From Porphyridium purpureum (Eukaryota), in contig VRMN01000017.1 of the NCBI GenBank assembly GCA_008690995.1, positions 124,001-188,000 of the forward strand: a stretch of DNA of 64,000 nt. Direction: 5' to 3'. The notes under the pieces were generated by a model. The model had not been told where the DNA came from. It made no database searches and was given only the letters and a program-made list of their open reading frames with translations. Below are positions 21,201-32,298 of the stretch, piece by piece. How positions within the stretch are numbered: the first letter of the stretch is position 1; every line of letters begins with the position of its first letter. The position numbers were made by a program, and so were the translations under genes.

Positions 21201-24200
21201 AGGCGCGCGAGCGGGATGTTTCTTCACAAACCAAGGCACTGGGGGAAGGTCGGTACGAGTATGAGAAAAAGTGTGCTCAGCTGAAGGAGTCGCAGGGCGC
21301 AGTCGCGGCGCTTGAGCGCACTGGGCTGCAGCTTCAGCAGAACCTGAGAAATGCAGAATCCGAGAATCGTGCCCTTACGGATGTCGTTGCTGCTCGTGAT
21401 GCTGAAATCTCTGCGCGGGCGCAGGAGCTTGCTCGTGTACGAGCCAGTCTGGACGACTCGCGCGCGAACGCCGCAGCGTTGTCTGATGCGCTGGATTCAA
21501 CAAAAGCGCGACTGTCTGCCGCGGAGCAGCACAGTGGAACGCTGCAGCGAGAACTGGACCAGAGCCGCACAGACTTTGCGGCAAAGTCTCGCGATCATGC
21601 AGAAAGCGAGGCTAGGTGCGCCGAGGCGCGCGCCGAGATCGGGCGTCTGGAATCCGCACTGGCGGACGCGCACACGGCCATTGATATGCACGAGAAGAAG
21701 GAGGACGAGCTGGAGGATACCATAAGCCGCGAGCAGCTTGCGCTCGGTGCACTTCATAAACGACTGGCCGCACAGGAACTTCTGGTAGGGAGCGTGCGCA
21801 CCGAGGTTGACTCGCTCAAGTCTACGCTGGAGAAGACCGAGAAGGTCAAGCTGGGCCTCGAGATGGATCTTCAGCAGGCCCGGGACCGCGTGACGGGCCT
21901 GACAGATTCATTGGAGAAACGCGCGCGGACGGCGGGCGAGCTCGAAGCGCAGCTTGCGGTCGCAAACAAGGAGAAGCGAAAGCTGGAAAAGCGTCTCGCT
22001 CGCGCCGAAGCGGACAAGTCTGACGTTGAGAAAGTGCTTCTCGTGAAAGAGCGCACAATCGTGGAACACACGCGGCTGGCAAGATCGTTGTCGCTCTCGC
22101 AAACCAATCGGATTGATACGCTTGTTGAGAAGCAGCGGGTCGCTGGCATCGAAGCAGAAGAGATGTCGCGCAAACTATCCGCGGTGTCGCACAAGTCAGA
22201 CATCCAGGCGGAGGACATTCGCATCCTGCGCGAAGAGCTGGATACTCTCGAAAATGCGTTGAGCGAGTCAGAGGAATCGCTCAAGAACGCGCATGCACTT
22301 TGCGATGAAAGGGAGAAGGAGAAGCTTGAGCTGGAGTCGTCGTTGCATGCCACCACTGCTGAGCTGCGCAAGACAGAGATTGCGCTGCAGGACACGCAGC
22401 ACGCCCTGGCAGAGACGCGCGACGGCCTGTCGTCGGCAATGGGAGACATGCAGCAGCTCAATTCGCTGGCCAAGGAGTGGCACATGGAACTGGTGAGCAC
22501 AAAGGATGCGCTGAAAGACGCGAACAAGACCATCAATGACAAGTTGGAGGAACTGCGCCTTCAAAATATGCGAATCGCAGATTTGGAGAAGGCGCGCGCG
22601 CAGATGGGAGTTGAGCAAGCCGAGCGTGAGGCGACGATTGCACGTCTTAGCCGGCAGTTGAGCGAAGCTCAGCAAAGCATTGCACAGTTGGTGCAAAACG
22701 TAGACGCCAGCAATACCGAAGTCGCGGAACTCAAGGCGCAGGTGCATGAGCTGCGCCACCGCCTCGGCGAGGCGCACTCGGATCTCCAGGCCGCAGAGAT
22801 CCAGAAGAGTGCTGCCCACGAGCGTGAAGCAAAATTGGAGCGTGCGCTTGCAGTAGCTTCCGCGGAACTTGCGCGGCATCGCCGCAAGCATCTAGAGTCG
22901 GACACACGTTGCGTCGAGCTTGAAACAGAAATCGAGATTTTTAAGAAGAATCATCGTGGGTCCAGCGGCTCCATCTCGCGCGGTGTTTCGCCTAGTACTG
23001 GAGTAGGCGTCGTGATGCCATCGCAGGGAGATCCGCTGGGTCGGCTTCAGAGGGAGTATGCAGCGAAAATTGCGCTAACAGAAAAGCTCGAGACATCACT
23101 GGCGACCAGTGAGGCGCTGGTGCAAAAGGTGCAGACAGAGAACGATGAGCTTTCCGCGCTTCTCAAAGCGCGCTCCGAGCAGTTGGACGAATCACAGCGC
23201 CGGCTGGAGCGCGTGGAGCGCGAGATTTTGTCAATGGAGCAGGCGCTCAAGCCATCTGGTGAGGCCTTTGAACCACCTCAGCTCGAAGCGCTACCCGGAG
23301 AGACCTCCCTCGGCCCCGTCGCCGAAAAGTCGTCGCAATTGGCACACTGGGCAGCACGCATCGACTCAAAACTGCACGCCACGGAGAAGCAACTGAGCGA
23401 CAAGGAGGATGAGCTGCGGCAAAGTGGCGTCCGCATGGCGGAATTAGAGGCAGTGATTGTACGGCTACGGTCAGAATTAGACGCCCAGCTCGCAGCGGGA
23501 GAAACGTTACAGACGCGCCATCGTGAAGAACTGGCTGAGCTAGACGCCAAGATGGCCCGCGTACATGCGGAGCACGATGCAGAACAGGAGCGTATGCGAG
23601 CCGCGTTGATGGAGGCGGACACGGAACGGGAGCAGATGCAAGCCATTCAGGAAGCCTTGCGGTTACAGGTCGACGATGCTCGCGCAGAGCTTGGTGCACG
23701 GGAATCTACAGTTTCACAGTTGACAGCCGAGCTCAGTGTGCAAACGAAGCGCGTTGCCGCCCTGGACCGCGAACTTGCGCAACTCAAGAACGCCAGTAGT
23801 GCGGTGTCGGGCAGAAACCTGAAGATGGAGGACAACAGCTCAAGCCTGGCTCGGCTGGAGAAGGAGCTGGCGGAGGCAAGCGCACGAGAGGCCGAGCTGA
23901 GCAAGCAGGTCGCCGAGCTGGAACCGCTAGCACGCAAGAGTGCTTATGCGTCGCACGCCCTTGAGGATATGAATCGCAAGCTGCGCGAGGTGGAGAAGAA
24001 CTCGATGCAGCGGCTGACGCGTAGCGAGGCCGAACTGCGCATCCGCAATGAACAGATTCGGATTCTGGAGGAAGAATGCGCCAAGGCGCGCTCAAATTAC
24101 GCGGCGGTTCGAAGCCGGATGCTCGCTGCGGATTCGTCGTTGTCTTCATCATCCAATGCGCCTCCGGTTCAAGAGCTTGTCGAGTCAGAGCTGCAGCACG

Positions 24201-24562
24201 CGGCGGGTACTGCGCGCTCTCGTGCTGTGCAGGCCTTTGTGACGGCGCGCTTCAAGCTGGCCAACGTGCGTGACTTGATTGCGGCGAAACGCATGGTGCA
24301 TATTGTCGGCTCGGACGTTGGCCTAGGTAATTGGAACGTGATGGCATCGCCGATGCTAAAGGCTGTACAAACGCTACCGGACGGCACGCTCATACTTTGC
24401 CGTGAGCTTGTGCTTCCTCGTCATGGCGCACCCATTGAGTACAAGTATGTCGCAGAGAGTGCAGACGGAACCACGGTGCAGTGGGAATCAGGTGAAAATC
24501 GTAAATTGCACGTTGCGCAAGTCGGTGATGTGGTCGAGATTCGCGACTCGTTCAATATGTGA
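18203..24562 (+). CDS. Giant (about 2100 aa) coiled-coil protein with C-terminal CBM20 starch-binding domain
   Basis: Long heptad-rich E/A/L/R segments. C-terminus VHIVGSDVGLGNWN...IEYKYV...VQWESGENR...IRDSF matches the CBM20 pattern. First ATG at 18203. Confidence 0.85.
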   Translation: MAKGKRKGGGGAGGNAGNAGNPGNAGNPGNAENAGNAGNAGNAGNAGNAGHAGNPGNPGNPGNAGHVSGSGDAGGGSERGVLAGEHGAAAQHEGATVVQPVARTPGWFAAAKDMVMPTASAAAPAAAAGKPDGLQSAVKASEPDASTLAASASSTKGEKENERLPARASTSCSEPAAAPLREMQPQTRERVLDEGEDSDDQLVRDMVDFAVANANRMVALERERNAALKAEMDRLARENKAQHSAELRATVAQMQAELNTHRMQAERFSECQAQLVQCKNQLAAYETRLAESDTELAQSRRKVGDLETLSAQLEARAHAADAAATASEAKSLRLESELHTVTIAVATLRAENAEITHVRAELERARAQDANVIEELSRTRDECIRSRDLCVAEHAQTKAQLAASEQREAQALARASGLEELGSGMAHRLSQGFVREKRMLKREEELRREIKSLTAQVVRVEHAQVKIEEAKAAQREHETLMVQKMKSVREEMERMRMHVLESEHREKAAKVEVVNVRKENVDLSDELFAARRENADARTRAALKTKVLEADAAFRMSEALTTKVKLYETALTAVYRSNTSASGGPVETLGAVGSASDSAAGAGRAQTKGSTVEEGHQTEDGRQDAKTKGTAGSFVGQSGRVAGSVGSGSTSARSRSSAGASFRDQIDSASQQVEGIRSARRRLWFDAEERSLAAPATSGTSDTSNLASTSAGVGLNAKAPVAIAAELAREFNRADRAYSHAKTTHSKLASAPISQYVSIASLHTRGIGTGVTVSTSSAPLSSIGTGTSTGPSSSTVAVATTGMTSSQSGEIPVEELADAAMNSIDMITAENQKEAALRRAKEDAERELEGSRALLKAHQDSLEAFRAQLEEQLQLRSELEAELDHARLGISGCNLVIEALQERSVVHDDELRERLTLDALATASGAAGVSSGPDAEISAEILKEFRAVMSSLASGNSGGSDSRSAATMQNQARLEEEVMMLKELTETRGMQLEALRSELEARERDVSSQTKALGEGRYEYEKKCAQLKESQGAVAALERTGLQLQQNLRNAESENRALTDVVAARDAEISARAQELARVRASLDDSRANAAALSDALDSTKARLSAAEQHSGTLQRELDQSRTDFAAKSRDHAESEARCAEARAEIGRLESALADAHTAIDMHEKKEDELEDTISREQLALGALHKRLAAQELLVGSVRTEVDSLKSTLEKTEKVKLGLEMDLQQARDRVTGLTDSLEKRARTAGELEAQLAVANKEKRKLEKRLARAEADKSDVEKVLLVKERTIVEHTRLARSLSLSQTNRIDTLVEKQRVAGIEAEEMSRKLSAVSHKSDIQAEDIRILREELDTLENALSESEESLKNAHALCDEREKEKLELESSLHATTAELRKTEIALQDTQHALAETRDGLSSAMGDMQQLNSLAKEWHMELVSTKDALKDANKTINDKLEELRLQNMRIADLEKARAQMGVEQAEREATIARLSRQLSEAQQSIAQLVQNVDASNTEVAELKAQVHELRHRLGEAHSDLQAAEIQKSAAHEREAKLERALAVASAELARHRRKHLESDTRCVELETEIEIFKKNHRGSSGSISRGVSPSTGVGVVMPSQGDPLGRLQREYAAKIALTEKLETSLATSEALVQKVQTENDELSALLKARSEQLDESQRRLERVEREILSMEQALKPSGEAFEPPQLEALPGETSLGPVAEKSSQLAHWAARIDSKLHATEKQLSDKEDELRQSGVRMAELEAVIVRLRSELDAQLAAGETLQTRHREELAELDAKMARVHAEHDAEQERMRAALMEADTEREQMQAIQEALRLQVDDARAELGARESTVSQLTAELSVQTKRVAALDRELAQLKNASSAVSGRNLKMEDNSSSLARLEKELAEASAREAELSKQVAELEPLARKSAYASHALEDMNRKLREVEKNSMQRLTRSEAELRIRNEQIRILEEECAKARSNYAAVRSRMLAADSSLSSSSNAPPVQELVESELQHAAGTARSRAVQAFVTARFKLANVRDLIAAKRMVHIVGSDVGLGNWNVMASPMLKAVQTLPDGTLILCRELVLPRHGAPIEYKYVAESADGTTVQWESGENRKLHVAQVGDVVEIRDSFNM
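18242..18394 (+). repeat. 9-bp coding minisatellite (GGGAATGCA/GGGAATCCA) x17 encoding (G-N-A/P)n
   Basis: Seen directly. Confidence 0.92.
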
Positions 24563-25013
24563 CGTTAGAAAGAGTGTTCAGCGATTGCGTATTGGTAAGA
24601 AAAGTGGTTGTTATGAAAGAAAGAAAAGTCACCACCATGTTTGTCCCTTGCATTTATCTCCCAGCTCGCGGCTTTGTGTGTTCTTTACAGGCACACAAGC
24701 CCATCGGCAGAATGACAATCGTCGCGCGGGCCAAACCTGCCCGCGGCCGGCAGAGCACCGTTTCCTCTCTGGTCCTTTGTTCTCCACACGTCCGGGCCCA
24801 TGCGTGGGCGCAAACGACGCAGTCCCAACGGGTGTTATGGTAGTCAGCGCACATACGCGCCGTGAAGGGATCTCAGAGATGGCATAGCCGTGCTGGCTTT
24901 CGCGACATTATCCGAATGCTATTCGATTTATACATTTGTTTATCTGCCTGTGTGTTAGTGGTGTCTCTGATGCCTCGCAGCCGTGTGCAGTCGAGTGCAG
25001 CTGGATCAAACTC

Positions 25014-27455
25014 TTACTTGAACAGCGCATCGATTTCGGTGGCAAAGGACTTGAACACCACATCGCGCTTGATTTTGAGCGTTTGTGTCATCATGCCGTT
25101 CTCGACCGTGAAAGGGGTGAGCACAAGGCGAAAGCGCTGCACGCGCTCCATCGGAATGAAGTTTTTGCGCTGCATGACCGTGCGAGAGAGTTCCTTTTTC
25201 ATGTACGCCTCCAGCGCCGGATTGCCGTGCAGAAGTGCATCCTCCATCTTGCGCACCCGTGCCCTGTCGTGATGCGCTGCACCGCGCAAGCTTTCGATCT
25301 CCGCCACCTGCTCAGCGGAGATCAGCTCGTTCGCCGCCAGCACGTCCAGGTTGGGGACAACCAACGCGCCCAGGAAGCGCTCGTCTTGTCCGACCAGCAC
25401 CACCTGGTCCACCACGCTCGATTCAAGTATGGCGTCCTCAACAGGCGCCGGTGCCAGATTCTCGCCATTGCTCAGCACAATAATGTCCTTCAACCGGCCC
25501 GTGATCACGAGGTCGCCCTGCGCTGAGACGTACCCCAGGTCACCGGTGTTGAAAAAGCCGTCCGCATCAAACGCCTTGGCGTTGGCTTCGTCATTCTTGA
25601 AGTAGCCCGATGTGACACTAGGCCCGCGACACGTGATTAGCCCTTCCTTTTGCAAGCCTGCTTGCACGGGTTGGAACGTTTCCGGGTCCACGACGCGAAC
25701 TTCGACACCCGCGGGAGTCAGTCCCGCCGTGCCACGCACACAGTGTTCCGCGTGGCGGTTCGTGATGACGGGCGATGTTTCTGTGAGACCATATCCGACA
25801 AAAATGTTGATCTGGGCAGCCTCGAAGAAGTTCTCGAGGCCCATGTTCAGCGAACCACCGCCACAAATGACCTCCTTGACACGCCCACCGAGCCCCGCGC
25901 GGATTTTCTTCCATACCAGGGCGCCAGCAAGCGCGTAGAGCGGCAGCGTAAGAAACACAGCGAGCGCAGCAGCCAGCCGCTGGGCGTAATTTGTGGGCGA
26001 CGCTGAAATACACTTTCCGGTCGCGATGCGCCGCAGCTTAATGTGCAGAATCGACAAGGCCACAAAGGTGTTGAACATGAGTCGCTGCAGCTTTTTCGCC
26101 TTCTCAACCTTTTGCATGACACTCGAGTACAGCAACTCAAGCACTCGTGGCACACCGACCAGAATGTGAGGCTGGAATGCGACCAGATCTTCCCGGAACT
26201 TGCGCGTGTTGCTGTATACAAGCGTTCCACCGCGAGAAAGCACAAAGTACTCTGCCGTGCGCTCAAAGATATGCCAGCAGGGCAGGATGCTCACAAACAC
26301 GTCGCCTGGCACCGTGTCCACAGTGCCAATGCTCAGATAGAGTGTTTGGTGCAGCAAATTTCCGTGCGAAAGCACCACACCTTTCGGCAGCCCAGTCGTG
26401 CCAGACGTGTAGATCAGCGTCGCACAGTCTTCTTTTGCTGGTGCAAACGCGCTCGTGCTTCCTGTGCTGCCCTTTTTCTCCTGCGCAGCGGCCTCAGCCT
26501 GCTCGCCGTTGGCGAGCACTTGCTCAAAGCTGAAAAGCTTGCTGCTGTCAAAGCGTGCCACTTTGGTCGCGGCCAGTTCCTCCTTGGTCGGCAGCGCACC
26601 ATACTGGATAATGGCGAAGCCCAGCGAGCCGGTAAACGACTCCAGGAAGCGCATCAGCACCGCCTTTGTTTCGCAAATCACACCCACGCTCTCCGAGTGC
26701 TCGTAAATGTACTGAATTTCAGGTGCGGGCGCCGCGACGCCGCGCACTGCGCTGCTGGCGCCAGCCATCTGGACGGCTTGGTCCGCGATGAGCCAGCGGT
26801 GGCTATTTTCTGAGAACAAGGAGACCGTTTCCTTGCGGCGGAGCCCGAGCTGGCGCAGCCCGGCGGAAAACGCGCGAATCTGTGCCGCAAGCTCCGCAAA
26901 CGTGAGCGTCGTGTTACCAGAGGGGCAGTAAGGGTCGATGATTGCCGTGCGGCTGCCAAACTGCCGCTCGGCAAGCAGCCACAATTCCGGCAGCGACTCG
27001 CACTTTGCAATGAGTTGCTGCATGTCTGCGGTCTCCGGAATGGGCGACGGGCACGGGTAGCGCGTGTCGTGTGGCTGCGGCACGGGGAACGAGCCTGCCG
27101 CAGCGTCTGTGGCGTGTACCTGTGTACCAGCTCGCTCGCCGCTTGCCACGGCCTTCATGGCGATGTGCGCCGAAGCCGCCGCATGCCTTTGGTGCTGCCC
27201 ATTCGGCCGCCGCGCCTGCCGTTGCAGCACGAGCGCGCGCTTCCTTTTTCTATTGACTCCGCCTGCCACATTCCCACCTGTCTCACGCGCCGCGAGCGCC
27301 GCGACGACGTTCGGCGACCCCACATACCCGCACCCGCTATTCGCCACGCCGCCTACCTTTTCACACGTGCCGTTCAGCGCCACATGAGCCGGCCGCTCAT
27401 GTTTCGCGCGCGAGCTCTCCACTCGCCACGCGCGGCATTCCTCGTCCCTTACCAT
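25014..27455 (-). CDS. Long-chain acyl-CoA / acyl-ACP synthetase (AAE15/cyanobacterial Aas-like), probably plastid-targeted
   Basis: YTSGTTGLPKGV, GYGLTETSP, FNTGDLG, GRLKDIIVLSNGEN, LPCWHIFER; long N-terminal extension. Confidence 0.93.
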   Translation of the reverse strand: MVRDEECRAWRVESSRAKHERPAHVALNGTCEKVGGVANSGCGYVGSPNVVAALAARETGGNVAGGVNRKRKRALVLQRQARRPNGQHQRHAAASAHIAMKAVASGERAGTQVHATDAAAGSFPVPQPHDTRYPCPSPIPETADMQQLIAKCESLPELWLLAERQFGSRTAIIDPYCPSGNTTLTFAELAAQIRAFSAGLRQLGLRRKETVSLFSENSHRWLIADQAVQMAGASSAVRGVAAPAPEIQYIYEHSESVGVICETKAVLMRFLESFTGSLGFAIIQYGALPTKEELAATKVARFDSSKLFSFEQVLANGEQAEAAAQEKKGSTGSTSAFAPAKEDCATLIYTSGTTGLPKGVVLSHGNLLHQTLYLSIGTVDTVPGDVFVSILPCWHIFERTAEYFVLSRGGTLVYSNTRKFREDLVAFQPHILVGVPRVLELLYSSVMQKVEKAKKLQRLMFNTFVALSILHIKLRRIATGKCISASPTNYAQRLAAALAVFLTLPLYALAGALVWKKIRAGLGGRVKEVICGGGSLNMGLENFFEAAQINIFVGYGLTETSPVITNRHAEHCVRGTAGLTPAGVEVRVVDPETFQPVQAGLQKEGLITCRGPSVTSGYFKNDEANAKAFDADGFFNTGDLGYVSAQGDLVITGRLKDIIVLSNGENLAPAPVEDAILESSVVDQVVLVGQDERFLGALVVPNLDVLAANELISAEQVAEIESLRGAAHHDRARVRKMEDALLHGNPALEAYMKKELSRTVMQRKNFIPMERVQRFRLVLTPFTVENGMMTQTLKIKRDVVFKSFATEIDALFK

Positions 27456-29847
27456 CTCTCAATGCAACCCAACTTCACCACGCAGACAACAAACACAGAC
27501 TCAGAAGTGTATCCAGTTGAAGACGTCGAAGTAGAAGTACGCACGCACCCGCCGCCGCCTCCGTATCGCTCACCGTCTCTTCTTCGTCGTCGTCTTCTTC
27601 CTCCTTTCCCTCTTCTCTCTCTCTCTCTCTCGCTCACATCCTGCCCCGGCTGCAGCGCGCGCCGCTCCAAAATCTGGTCGAGGTACAGTTCACCTCTCTA
27701 TCAAAACGCGTCTGTTTGTATAGTGTACAGTTCCGCGAGCTCTTTTTGTCGACTGCGCTCGCGGCGTGCGCCGAAATCTCAGCGCGCGTGTCGCCTCACT
27801 GCGGGGTGAAGCAGTCGCTGCAGCCGCGGCGGCAGCGGAGCGTGGATGGAAAGCTGGCCGCGCCATTGCGGTCGTGTGCTGCGCTGCTCGCGTGACGCGC
27901 TGCGCAAGTTGACAAGCACACGCTGCACGACATGCAACATTGTCGGTGGAGTGGCAAATGGTGGTGGTCTCGTTGGACGTCTCGAGCGCGTCGAGCTTGA
28001 GGGGGAGAGATAATGGGCAGTTGGCTTTTGGTGCACAGGCAAAGTGTTTGAGTCTGCCGTTACGCAAAAATGTATAGCAATTTAAACATCCGGTCTCGAG
28101 CGGCAGCACCCGGTCTCGACACGCGGTGAGAATGATGGGGTTCCGTGTTCGGAGCAACATGGCTGGCGGCTCCGCAGTGCTCGCCACTGCACAACGCTCT
28201 GATATGCAATCTATGCACAGCCTGTCACGCCTTGCAGCGACTGCTCTCTTTCTCCTCTGCAATCTTCCGTGCCCAGTTCTTTCGACCTGTTTTGATTCAA
28301 ACAGAACTGCCTCTCGGGCCGCAGCCCCTTACATCGCCAAATCTAGTTCGAGGGACCGAAGATCCCGACCCGGAAAACGGGAGAAGAATCATCTGCCGGC
28401 CCTTGACACTCTGCGTCAAAAGGCTCCTAAATGCTCCTATTGTACAGCGTCGAGCATTCTCGTCAAGTCGGAGACTTTGCACTCGCCGCTTTCCTGAACG
28501 AACTTGGCTCCATCACCGCCGCCATATCCGCCAGCACATCCGCAAACGCACTCGACAAGGTATTCGCCAGTACCGCAGCTTCCCGGAGATTTTGTCGCTT
28601 GCGAGCTATTCTTCTCCAGTCAAAAGGGAGACGAAACGCAGAAAACGATGATACGCGCCATGGGACCGTTGCCTCCAGAGTAGACCGCCTCGATCCTGCG
28701 CTCGGAGAATACTCACCGCTCCGGTATTTTTCTCATTAGACTGACGACTTCCTTTCTGTCCTCCGCCTCGCTCAGCCAGACGTGGAAGGACCTGACTCTT
28801 CGTCTCCAACTGTCTCGGAGAACTCTGGATCGAAAGCACAATGGCCCAAAATCCCAAAAATGAAAAGGCCGATGAACGCAGCACCCCAGCAAAGCAGCTC
28901 GCCCTGTGTCCCAGCAGGCCAGAAGTCCAGAACCGATGCAGCCGATCATGTCAGAGTACAACAAGCAAAGGAGCCCAGCACCGCACAATGCCAGAAGTAC
29001 GAAGGGACAGCAGATCTATCTGTGGCATTGGCCTGGGAAGCAAACGCGACTACTGGTATCTCTTGCATTGTTGCGAGGCGCGCGCGCACGCTACTCCCTC
29101 GCGTCTGTCACGACTGTCGCATCTTGCGCCGCTCTCGCACGCTCCGCTGCGACCTGCCGCCACACGCGCCACACCAAGCGACGAGCGCGCGGGCGGTACA
29201 ACTTGTGCCCTTCTGTGTTCAGCAGACAGCACAAGGTGCTCGGGAAACCTCGCTCCGCTGATGGTCAACCTCCAATCCAACGGACCAAGTTTATCAAGTT
29301 CTAAACCTATACCTTTTCCAACTCGCGCTTCCTACGGACAACCACCGCGCTCGCGCTCGGCGCCGACCGTCGCACGCAGCTTCTTATCCAACAGACCCTT
29401 TCTCCGACGCTCCTACCGTCCACCGACACCCGACACCCGCTGCCACGCGCTTCCCTTCCCGAGTCACACCTCTGATCCGTTCTCGGCTTAACGGCGTATC
29501 GGCTTATCGGCGTATCAGTTACAAGTTAACCGCTAGCCGCTAACCGCGACGCTCCACGCATCTTGACAGCAGGCGGGGGTACAGTGAGTCTTGTACAGTT
29601 GTGATTGCGCGGTACGGCTGGGTGTACCTTTGTGTTCAGCTGCGCGGGAGGTGGAGGTACAGTGTTTTGTTTGCAGAGGTGCGAGCGCGCGGCCGGTTGG
29701 AGTGCGGGGGGCCGGGGGGGGGGAGAGAGAGAGAGAGACAGCGAGGGGCAAGCGTGTGTGAGAGTGTGGCGGTGGCGTGGTTGTGGTGGTGGTGAGGGCG
29801 TGCCGTCGGGAGCGCGGCAGGGCTCGCGGTGCGCGTGGCGGTGCAGG

Positions 29848-32139
29848 ATGGCGCGTGGCGGCGCGGTGTCGTTTGTGGCGTGCGGCGGCGTGCGCGTGGC
29901 GCCGCATGCGCGAGGCACGAAGGGCGTGCGCGTGAACGTGGGCGTCGGGGCCGCCGTCGCGCGGCGCGGCTTGCAGCAGCGCGGGAGGATGGCCGATGGG
30001 CAGGGCAGTGGTGGCGCTGCCAGCGGCGGGAATGGCGGCGCGGGAAGCAGCGGCGGCGGGCAGAACACGAATGCGGGTTCCGCGGGTGTCGGTATAGGCA
30101 CAGCGGCGCTCACCGCAGGCACGTCCTCGGCGAGTCTCAGTGGGCAGCCGCATCCGAAGCAACATTCACAGTTGAAGAAAGGCGCAAGTGCAAATGCAAA
30201 AGGCGCGAGTGCCAGGTTACGGTCCAGCGCAGTGCCGCGTCCGGCGTCGCCTCAAGGCGCCGGCTTGGGTGCCAGCTCAACCGGCATGTCGTCGCCTCAT
30301 CCGTTACAACCAGACGTGCCGGAACCTCCAATCGCAAGCTCAAGGATTTCTGCACAGCTGGAAAACGGGGAGGCGCGCTCTGCCGGTGTCGACCGGTGGT
30401 CGGTGGGCTCAGGGGTCGCGGCTGAAAGTCCGACGTCCAGAAATAGTCGCACGCCAAGCCAAGATTCCTTGCTGCCAAGGCCTGATCGGTCTCGCGTGTC
30501 GCAGGATGGCACTTTGGAGGAGGAGCAGGCAAGCAGCCTCGCCAGGTCGGAAAAAGCCGCGGCGGCGGCGGCGGCGGCGGCTAGGATGAGAGCGGATTCA
30601 CCGTCAGCCAGAAATGATGCGCAAACGTGGGCATCAGATCAGGCGGCGAATCGATGGAAAAGAAAGGGCCAGAGCTCCGCGAATAGGATACTGGACAGCA
30701 GTGGTGGGCCACAGGACGACGTGGGTGTGAGCCGGGGTGAGGGAGAACCTTTGCGAAACGATCAAGCCAACACTTATAAAGCTGACCCACAATGGTCATC
30801 AAGATGGCAGGGGCAGAACCCGCGGGCAAATGCAAATGACGATTCCGATGGTCAAAGTGAGGACCGATCGGCCTGGGAAAATTTTGGGGGCGCGACCACA
30901 CTGGCGCAGCCCAGCGGGACGGATTGGGTGGCCATGGATCGAGGCGTATCGAGTGTGGACCGCGCAGAGCAGATGCGCATAGACGGCAAGGAGGCTTTGC
31001 GAATGGGCAAGCTCGAGCTTGCGCGCGATTTGTTTCGCAGTTGCGTTGAGACCGACCGGATGAACGGCAAAGGTTGGCAAGAGTTTGCGAAGATGGAAGG
31101 TGTGCTGCGCGGCGGGCAGCGCGGGAGTATCCGAGTCCTGAAGCAGGCGCTGCGGGCGTTACCCAACAATGCGCACCTGTGGCAGAGCCTGGGCTTGTTG
31201 CATTATCGCTGTGGCGCTCTCCAAGCGGCTCGCGACGCCTTCCAGCGCGGATTGGATGCAGATGTCACGCACGCGAGCCTATATGCGGCTTGGGGTAAAG
31301 TAGAAGCCATGCAAGGCAATGTAGAGCTTGCGCGCGAGTTGTTCACCACGGGCCTGGAGATGGACGAAGGATCGACGCGCGTGTACCACAGCTGGTCGCA
31401 TATGGAGTACAAGCACGGCAATGTAGAAAAGGCCGTGGAATTACTTGAGCGAGGGCTTCAGTATGAATCGACAAACTCATACTTATGGCAGTATCTGGGG
31501 CAGATTGCGCTGGACATGGGAAGGTGGGAGCGCGCCCGCGAGTGCTTTGAGCATGCTGTGCATGACCCACGTGACAAGGATGATCTGCCGTCAATTTTTG
31601 CGTTTGATTCGTATGGTCGCATGGAGATGACGTTCGGGAATGAAGCCGCTGCAAAGGCGCTCTTCCTCGAGGCACGAAAATTGTTCCCGCGCGACGTGCG
31701 ACCGCTGCAGTGCCTCGGTTTACTGGCGATGAAAAACGCAGAATACCCGGAAGCGAAGCAGTGGCTTGAAGCGTCGGTGCGCGTTAGCCAGCGAGACTAT
31801 TTTCTGTGGTACATACTAGGGCTCGTAGAGTATCGTCTCGGCAACTCATCTCGTGCGCGCGCGCTCTTCAAACGCGCTGCTGAGATCAGTCCCAGCGACT
31901 GGAAGATTTGGAACACTTGGAGTCTCGCCGAGTGGGAGGCCGGTGAGTTGGACGTCAGCATGAAGTTGCTCATGCGTGCGTCCAAGATCAAATATAACAT
32001 TGAGGGAGACTTTTGCCCCTTTGCCGAGTCGATCGATGATCTCAACGAGCAAGCGCTCTTCTACACGCGCCTCTTTCTCCCGCGCCAGCGCGATATTGCG
32101 GCGCGGGAGAGTATGAAAGCCGCATCCGAGAGAAGCTAG
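29848..32139 (+). CDS. HAT/TPR-repeat protein, HCF107/Mbb1-like plastid RNA-binding factor
   Basis: Transit-like start MARGGAVSFVACGG. About ten repeats of the type LWQ.LG.LE...G....AR..F..G (e.g. YAAWGKVEAMQGNVELARELF). Confidence 0.7.
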   Translation: MARGGAVSFVACGGVRVAPHARGTKGVRVNVGVGAAVARRGLQQRGRMADGQGSGGAASGGNGGAGSSGGGQNTNAGSAGVGIGTAALTAGTSSASLSGQPHPKQHSQLKKGASANAKGASARLRSSAVPRPASPQGAGLGASSTGMSSPHPLQPDVPEPPIASSRISAQLENGEARSAGVDRWSVGSGVAAESPTSRNSRTPSQDSLLPRPDRSRVSQDGTLEEEQASSLARSEKAAAAAAAAARMRADSPSARNDAQTWASDQAANRWKRKGQSSANRILDSSGGPQDDVGVSRGEGEPLRNDQANTYKADPQWSSRWQGQNPRANANDDSDGQSEDRSAWENFGGATTLAQPSGTDWVAMDRGVSSVDRAEQMRIDGKEALRMGKLELARDLFRSCVETDRMNGKGWQEFAKMEGVLRGGQRGSIRVLKQALRALPNNAHLWQSLGLLHYRCGALQAARDAFQRGLDADVTHASLYAAWGKVEAMQGNVELARELFTTGLEMDEGSTRVYHSWSHMEYKHGNVEKAVELLERGLQYESTNSYLWQYLGQIALDMGRWERARECFEHAVHDPRDKDDLPSIFAFDSYGRMEMTFGNEAAAKALFLEARKLFPRDVRPLQCLGLLAMKNAEYPEAKQWLEASVRVSQRDYFLWYILGLVEYRLGNSSRARALFKRAAEISPSDWKIWNTWSLAEWEAGELDVSMKLLMRASKIKYNIEGDFCPFAESIDDLNEQALFYTRLFLPRQRDIAARESMKAASERS

Positions 32140-32298
32140 AGCCGGGGCTTGGAAGGAGAACAAGGAAAATGGAAGAAGGAAAATGAATTTACGTGGGGGC
32201 CGGGGTCGTGTATTTTCGCTCTTGTAGGATGCACACGAGGCGCGCGAATAGTATTTATTCCAAAGCCATGTAAGGTTTCGACTCATCGCCCGTTCTCG

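Noticed and set aside
27690..29500. Possible small or spliced gene (minus-strand hydrophobic stretch LLCWGAAFIGLFIFGILGH near 28840-28900; plus-oriented GTACAGT at 27683/27725)
   Set aside because: Interrupted by stops, and I could not build a consistent exon model; needs RNA-seq
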